From: the human T2T-CHM13v2.0 reference genome, Homo sapiens
Reading direction: 5' to 3' (one strand)
Length of the DNA: 64,000 bases
NCBI RefSeq assembly: GCF_009914755.1
Contig: NC_060938.1
Shown here: one piece after another, positions 57,546 through 64,000 of the stretch
How positions within the stretch are numbered: the stretch's first letter is position 1
How the letters are laid out: each line of letters begins with the position of its first letter
Made by a program: the position numbers and the translations under genes
Notes under the pieces: model-generated
Seen by the model: the letters and a program-made list of their open reading frames with translations, nothing else
What the model was told of the DNA's origin: nothing
Database searches by the model: none

Positions 57546-60500
57546 TGACACATCTCTGAACTGATCAACAAAGTGATGTAACAATCGTCTAGGCTCTAAC
57601 AACAGGGGCTTTGTGACATATCTCTGCACTGATCACCCAGGTGATGGGACTTTTGTTTAGGCTCTGCCTATGGTGACATTGTGACATAGTTCTGCACTGA
57701 TCACACAGGTGATGGGACACTTGTCTAGGCTCTGTGTATGGGGGCTTTGTGACATATCTCTATACTGATCCCCCAGGTGATGTAACGCTTGACTAGGCTC
57801 TGCCTACGGGGCATAGTGACATATCACTGCATTGATCACCGAGGTGATGTAACTCTTGTCCAGGCTCTGCCTATAGGGGGCCTTGTGACATATCTCTGCA
57901 CTGATCATCTCGGTGATGTAACTCTTGCTTACGCTCTGCCTGCAGGGGCATTGTGAAATATGTCTGCACTGATCACCCAGGTGATGGGACTCTTCTCTAG
58001 GCTCTGCCTACTCGGGGCATTGTCACATATTTCTGCACTGATCACCCAGGTGACGGACACTTGTCTTGGATTTGCCTATGGGGGCATTGTGACATATCTC
58101 TGCACTGATCACCCAGGTGATGTAACTCTGGTCTAAGCTCTGCCTAAATGGACATTGTGACAGATCTCTGCAATGATCACTCAGGTGATATAACAATTGT
58201 CTAGGCTCTGCTTAAAGGGGCCTTGTCACATATCTCTGCACTGATCACCCAGGTGATGTAACACTTGTCTAGGCTCTGCTTACAGGGGGTATTGTGACAT
58301 ATCTCTGCACTGATCACCTAAGTGATGTAACACTTGTGTAGGCTCTGCCTACAGGGGCATTTTGACATTTCTCTGCACTGTTAACCGAGGTGATGTAACC
58401 CTTGTCTAGGCTGTGCCCACAGGGTGATTGAGACATATCTCTGCACTGATCCCGAGGTGATCCAACTCTTGCCTGGTCTCTGTCTACTGGGGACATTGTG
58501 ATATATCTCTGCACTGATCTCCCAAGTGCTGTAACTTTACTCTAGGCTCTGGCTACACGGCATTGTGACATATCACTGCACTGATCACCCAGGTGATATA
58601 ACTCTTGTCTAGGCTCTGCCTACAGGGGGCTTGTGACATATATCTGCACTGATCACCCAGGTGATATAACTCTCGTCTAGGCTCTGCCTACAGGGTGCTT
58701 TGTGACATGTCCCTGCACTGATCACCCAGGTGATGGGACTCTTGTCTAGGCTCTGCCAAAAGTGACATTGTGACATATCTCTGCACTGATCACCCAAGTG
58801 ATGTAACTCTTTCCTAGGATCTGCTTACAGGGTACTTTGAGACATATCCCTGCAATGATCACCCAGGTGATGTACCACTTGTCAAGGCTCTGCCTACAGG
58901 TACATTGCGAAGAATTTCTGCAATGATCACCTAGGTCATGTAACTGATTGATGTAACTATTGTCTAGGATCTGCCTAAAGGGACTTTGTGACATAACTCT
59001 GCACTGATCATCCAGGTGATGGGGTTTTTGTCTAGGCTCTGCCTAAGGGGCATTGTGACATATTTCTGCACTGATAACCCAGGTGACGGATTCCTGTCTT
59101 GGATCTACCTATGGGAGCATTGTGACATATCTCTGCACTGATCACACAGGTGATGTAACTGTTGTATAAGTTCTGCCTACAGGGGAATTGTGAGAGATCT
59201 CGCCACTGATCACTCAATTGATGTAACTATTGTCTAGGCTTTGCCTAAAGGTGGCTTTCTGACATACCTTTTCACTGATCACCCAGGTGATGTAATTCTT
59301 CTAAGTTCTGCCTACAGGAGCTTTCGGACATATCTCTGCACTGATCACTTAGGTGATGTAACACTTTTATAAGCACTGCCTACAGGGAATTTTGACAAAT
59401 CTCCACACTGATAACCTAGGTGATGTAACTCTTTTCTAGGATCTGCCTACAGGGCGCTTTGTGACATATCCCTGCAATGATCACCCAGGTGATGTACCAC
59501 TTGTCAAGGCTCTGCGTACAGGGACATTGTGATGTATCTCTGCACTGATCACCTAGGTCATGTAACTCTTGTCTAGGCTCTGCCTACAGTGGCATTGTGA
59601 CATATCTCTGCACTGATCATCCACGTAATGTAACAGTTGTATAAGCTCTGCCTACAGGGGAATTGTGAGAGATCTCTCCACTGATCATGCAAGTGATGTA
59701 ACTATTGTCTAGGCTTTCCCTACAGGGGGCTTTGTGACGTACCTTTGCACTGATCACCCAGGTGACGTAACTCATGTAAGTTCTGCCTACAGGAGCTTTT
59801 TGACATATCTCTGTACTGATCACTTACGTGTTGTGACACTTTTATAAGCACTGCCTACAGGGAATTTTGACAAATCTCTGCACTGATCACCTAGGTGATG
59901 TAACTCTTGTCTACACTCTGCCCAAAGGGGGCATTGTGAAATATCTCTGCACTGATCACCCACGTGATTCAACTCTTGTCTAGGATCTGCCTACAGGGGG
60001 TATTGTGAGATATCTCCTCACTGATCAACTATGTGATGTAAATATTGTCTAGGCTCTGCGTACAGGGGCATTTTCACATATCCCTGAACTGATGACAAAG
60101 GTGATGTAACCCTTGCCTGGGCATTGCCTACAGGGGATATTGTGACATAAGTCTGCACTGATCACCCAGGTGATGCACCTGTTCTCTATGCTCTGCCTAC
60201 AGAGGACATTGTGACATATCTCTGCACTGATCACCCAGGTGATGTCACTTTTCTCGAGGATATGTCTACAGGGACATTGTGACACGTCACTGCACTGATC
60301 ACACAGCTGATGTAACTACTGTGTAGGCTCTGGCTACAGGGGGCTTGTGACACATCTCTGCACTGATCACCCAGGTGATGTAACCTTTGTCTAGGCTCTG
60401 CCAAAAGAGGGCATTATGACATAACTCTGCACTGATCACCCAGGTGATGGGACTCCTGTCTAGGCTAAGCCTACAGGGGCATTGTGACATATCTCTGCAG

Positions 60501-63500
60501 TGATCACGCAGGTGATATAACTGTTGTCTATATCTGCCTACTGGCGGCATTGTGGCATATTTCTGCACTGATCACCCAGGTGATGGACTCTTGTCTTGGA
60601 TCTGCCTATGGGGGCATAGTGACACGTCTCTGCAGTGATCACTCATGTGATGTAACGCTTGTCTAAGCTGCGTCTAAAGGGGAGTTGTGACAGATATCTC
60701 CACTGATTACCCAGGTGATGTAACAAACAATTTTCCGCGATTTCTCTACAGGGCCTTTGTGACATATCTTTGCACTGATAACCCTGGAGATGTAACTCTT
60801 GTCTAGGCTCGGCCTACAGGGGCTGTGTGACATATTTCTGCACTGATCACCCAGGTTATGTAACTCTTGTCTATGCTCCACCTACAGGTGGTATTGTGAC
60901 GTATCTCTGCACTTCTCACACAGGTGATGTAACTCTTGTCTAGGCTCCACCTACAGGGTGTATTGTGACATATCTCTGCACTGATCACCCATGTGATGTA
61001 ATATTTATCTAGGCTCTGCCTACTGGGGCGTTTTGACATAGCTCTGCACAGATCACCTGGGTTATGTAACTCTTGTCCACTCTCTGCCTATAGGGGGCAT
61101 TGTGAAATATCTCTGCACTGATCACCCAGGTGATGGGACTCTTCTCTATACTCTGCCTATAGGGGGATTTGTGACATATATCTGCACGGATCACCCAGGT
61201 GATGGAAGTCTTGTCTAGGCTCTGTCTATGGGGTCATTGTGTCAAATATCTGCACTGATCACCCAGGTGATGTAACTCTTCTCTAGGCTCTGTATACAGG
61301 GATTTTTGTGACGTATCACTGCCCTGATCACCTAGGTGATGTAAGCCTTGTATGGGCTTTGTGTACAGAAGGCTTTGTGACATATCTATGCACTGATCTC
61401 TGAGGTGATGCAACTCTTGTCTAGTCACTGCCTACAGAGGACATTGGTACATATCTCTGCAGTGATCACCCAGGTGATGGACTCTTGTCTTAGATCTGCC
61501 TACATGGACATTTTGACACATCTCTGACCTGATCAACCAAGTGATGAAACTCTTGCCTAGGCTCTGCCTAAATGGGCTTTGTGACACATCTCTGAACTGT
61601 TCACCCTGGGGAGGGAACTCTAGTCTACGCTTTGCCTACAGGGGGCATTGTGAAATATCTCTGCACTGATCACCCAGATGATGGGACTCTTCTTTATACT
61701 CTGCCTATAGGGGGATTTGTGACATATATCTGCACGGATCACCCAGGTGATGGAAGTCTTGTCTAGGCTCTGTCTATGGGAGCATTATGTCAAATATCTG
61801 CACTGATCACCCAGGTGATGTAACTCTTGTCTAGGCTCTGTCTACAGGGATTTTTCTGACACATCACTGCCCTGATCACCTAGGTGATGTAAGCCGTGTA
61901 TGGGCTTTGCGTACAGAAGGCTTTGTGACATATCTATGCACTGATCTCTGAGGTGATGCAACTCTTGTCTAGTCACTGCCTACAGAGGACATTGGTACAT
62001 ATCTCTGCAGTGATCACCCAGGTGATGGACTCTTGTCTTAGATCTGCCTACATGGACATTTTGACACATCTCTGACCTGATCAACCAAGTGATGAAACTC
62101 TTGCCTAGGCTCTGCCTAAATGGGCTTTGTGACACATCTCTGAACTGTTCACCCTGGGGAGGGAACTCTAGTCTACGCTCTGCCTACAGGAGGCTTTTTG
62201 AGTTATACCTGCACTGATCATCTAGGTGATGTAACACTGGTCTAGAGTCTCCCTTCACCGGAATCCTCACATATCTCTGCACTGATCATCCAGTTGATGT
62301 AACTCATTTCTAGATTCAGACTACAGGAGTGTTTTGACATATCTCTGCACTGATCAACCAGTTGATGTAACCCTTGACTAAGCTCTGCCTACAGGGGCAT
62401 TGTGGCAGATCTCTCCACTGCTCACCCAGGTGATGTAACAATTGTCTGGGCTTTGCCTACAGGGGGCTTTGTGATATACATTTCCACTGATCAAACAGGT
62501 GATGTAACCCTTGGCAAATTTCTGCTTACAGGGGTATTGTGAAATAACTCTGCACTGATCAACTAGGGGATGTAACTCTTGTCTAGGCTTTCCCTACATG
62601 GGTGTTTTCACATATCCCTGAACTGATGAGAAAGATGATGTAACTCTTGCCTAGGCTTTGCCTACAGGGGATATTGTGACATATCTCTGCACTGATCTCC
62701 CAGGTGATGCAACTCTACTCTATGCTCTGCCTACAGGGGACATAGTGACATATCTCTGCACTGATCACCCAGGTGATGGGACTTTTGTCTAGGCTCTGCC
62801 TATGGGTGCATTGTGACATATCTCTACACTGATCACCCTGGTGATGTAACTCTTGTGTTGGATCTGCCTATGGGGGCATTGTGACATATTTCTGCACTGA
62901 TCACCCAAGTGATGGGACTCTTATCTAGGCTCTGTGTATGGGTGCTTTGTGACATATGTCTGCACTGATCACCAAGGTGATGTAACGCTAGACTAGGCTC
63001 TGCCTACGAGGCATAGTGACAATCACTGCATTGATCACCGAGGTGATGTAACGCTTGTCCAGGCTCTGCCTATACGGTGCCTTGTGACATATCTCTGCAC
63101 TGATCATGGAGGTAATGTAACTCTTGCTTGTGCTCTGCCTGCAGGGCAGAGATATTGTCAAATATTTCTGCAATGATCACCCAGGTGATGGGACTCTTTT
63201 CTAGGCTCTGCCTACTGGGGGCATTGTCACATGTTTCTGCACTGATCACCCAGGTGACGGACTCTTGTCTTGGATTTGCCTATGGGGGCATTGTGACATA
63301 TCTCTGCACTGATCACCCAGGTGATGTAACTCTGGTCCAAGATCTGCCTAGAGGGGCATTGTGACAGATCTCTGCACTGATCACTCAGGTGATGCAACTC
63401 TTGTCTATGCTCTGCTCATAAGGGCCTTGCACATATCTCTGCACTGATCACGCAGGTGATGTAACTGTTGTCTAGGCTCTGCTTACAAAGGGTATTGTGA

Positions 63501-64000
63501 CATATCTCTGCACTGATCACCTAAGTGATGTAACACTTGTGTAGGCTCTCCCTACAGGGGCATTCTAACATATCTCTGCATTGTTAACCGAGGTGATGTA
63601 ACCCTTGTCTAGGCTGTGCCCACAGGGGTATTGAGACATATCTCTGCACTGATCCCGAGGTGATCCAACTCTTTCCTGGTGTCTGCCTACTGGGGATATT
63701 GTGAAATGTCTCTGCACTGATCTCCCAGGTGCTGTAACCTTAGTCTAGGCTCCAGCTACACGGCATTGTGACATATCACTGCACTGATCACCCACGTGAT
63801 ATAACTCTTGTCTAGGCTCTGCCTACAGGGGCTTGTGAAATATCTCTGCACTGATCACCCAGGTGATATAACTCTTCTCTAGGATCTGCCTACAGGGTGC
63901 TTTGTGACATATCCCTGCAATGATCACCCAGGTGATATACCACTTGTCAAGGCTCTGCCTACAGGGGCGTTGCGATGTATCTCTGCACTGATAACCTAGG
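57546..64000. repeat. Divergent beta-satellite (includes a 548-bp tandem duplication and a DUX-less slot)
   Basis: 68-bp monomers continuing to the window end. Confidence 0.94.

Overview
This is primate, most likely human, heterochromatin rather than a gene-dense or prokaryotic region. About three quarters of the window is 68-bp beta-satellite (Sau3A/BSR family). Bases 1-~15,770 form a homogeneous higher-order array (2,043-bp 30-mers, then 28/29-mers, with dimeric super-periods). The rest is divergent beta-satellite interrupted by six co-oriented, GC-rich ~2.75-kb D4Z4/LSau-family cassettes, giving a 5.8-8.1-kb composite macro-repeat. Each cassette carries a disabled minus-strand DUX4-like double-homeobox gene (422 codons when undeleted), its GC/TATA-box promoter, and homologues of DUX4 exon 2 and pLAM/exon 3 running into the satellite. 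This is the architecture of the distal end of the 4qA/10qA D4Z4 array, but without the ATTAAA poly(A) signal. One full-length AluYa5 with a 14-bp target-site duplication sits in a spacer. No intact protein-coding gene was found. The composite is a known repeat class (DUX4L/beta-satellite arrays, e.g. on acrocentric short arms), and the chromosome cannot be assigned from sequence alone. The most notable details: a seventh slot with both flanks but no DUX cassette; exon 3 being a start-codon-deleted duplicate of the gene's own 5' end; the satellite origin of the FSHD poly(A) site; and a homogeneous array derived from a DUX-less piece of the spacer. I found no supportable evidence for a wholly new biological system. 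Comparisons with DUX4/4qA rely on recalled reference sequence and need alignment.
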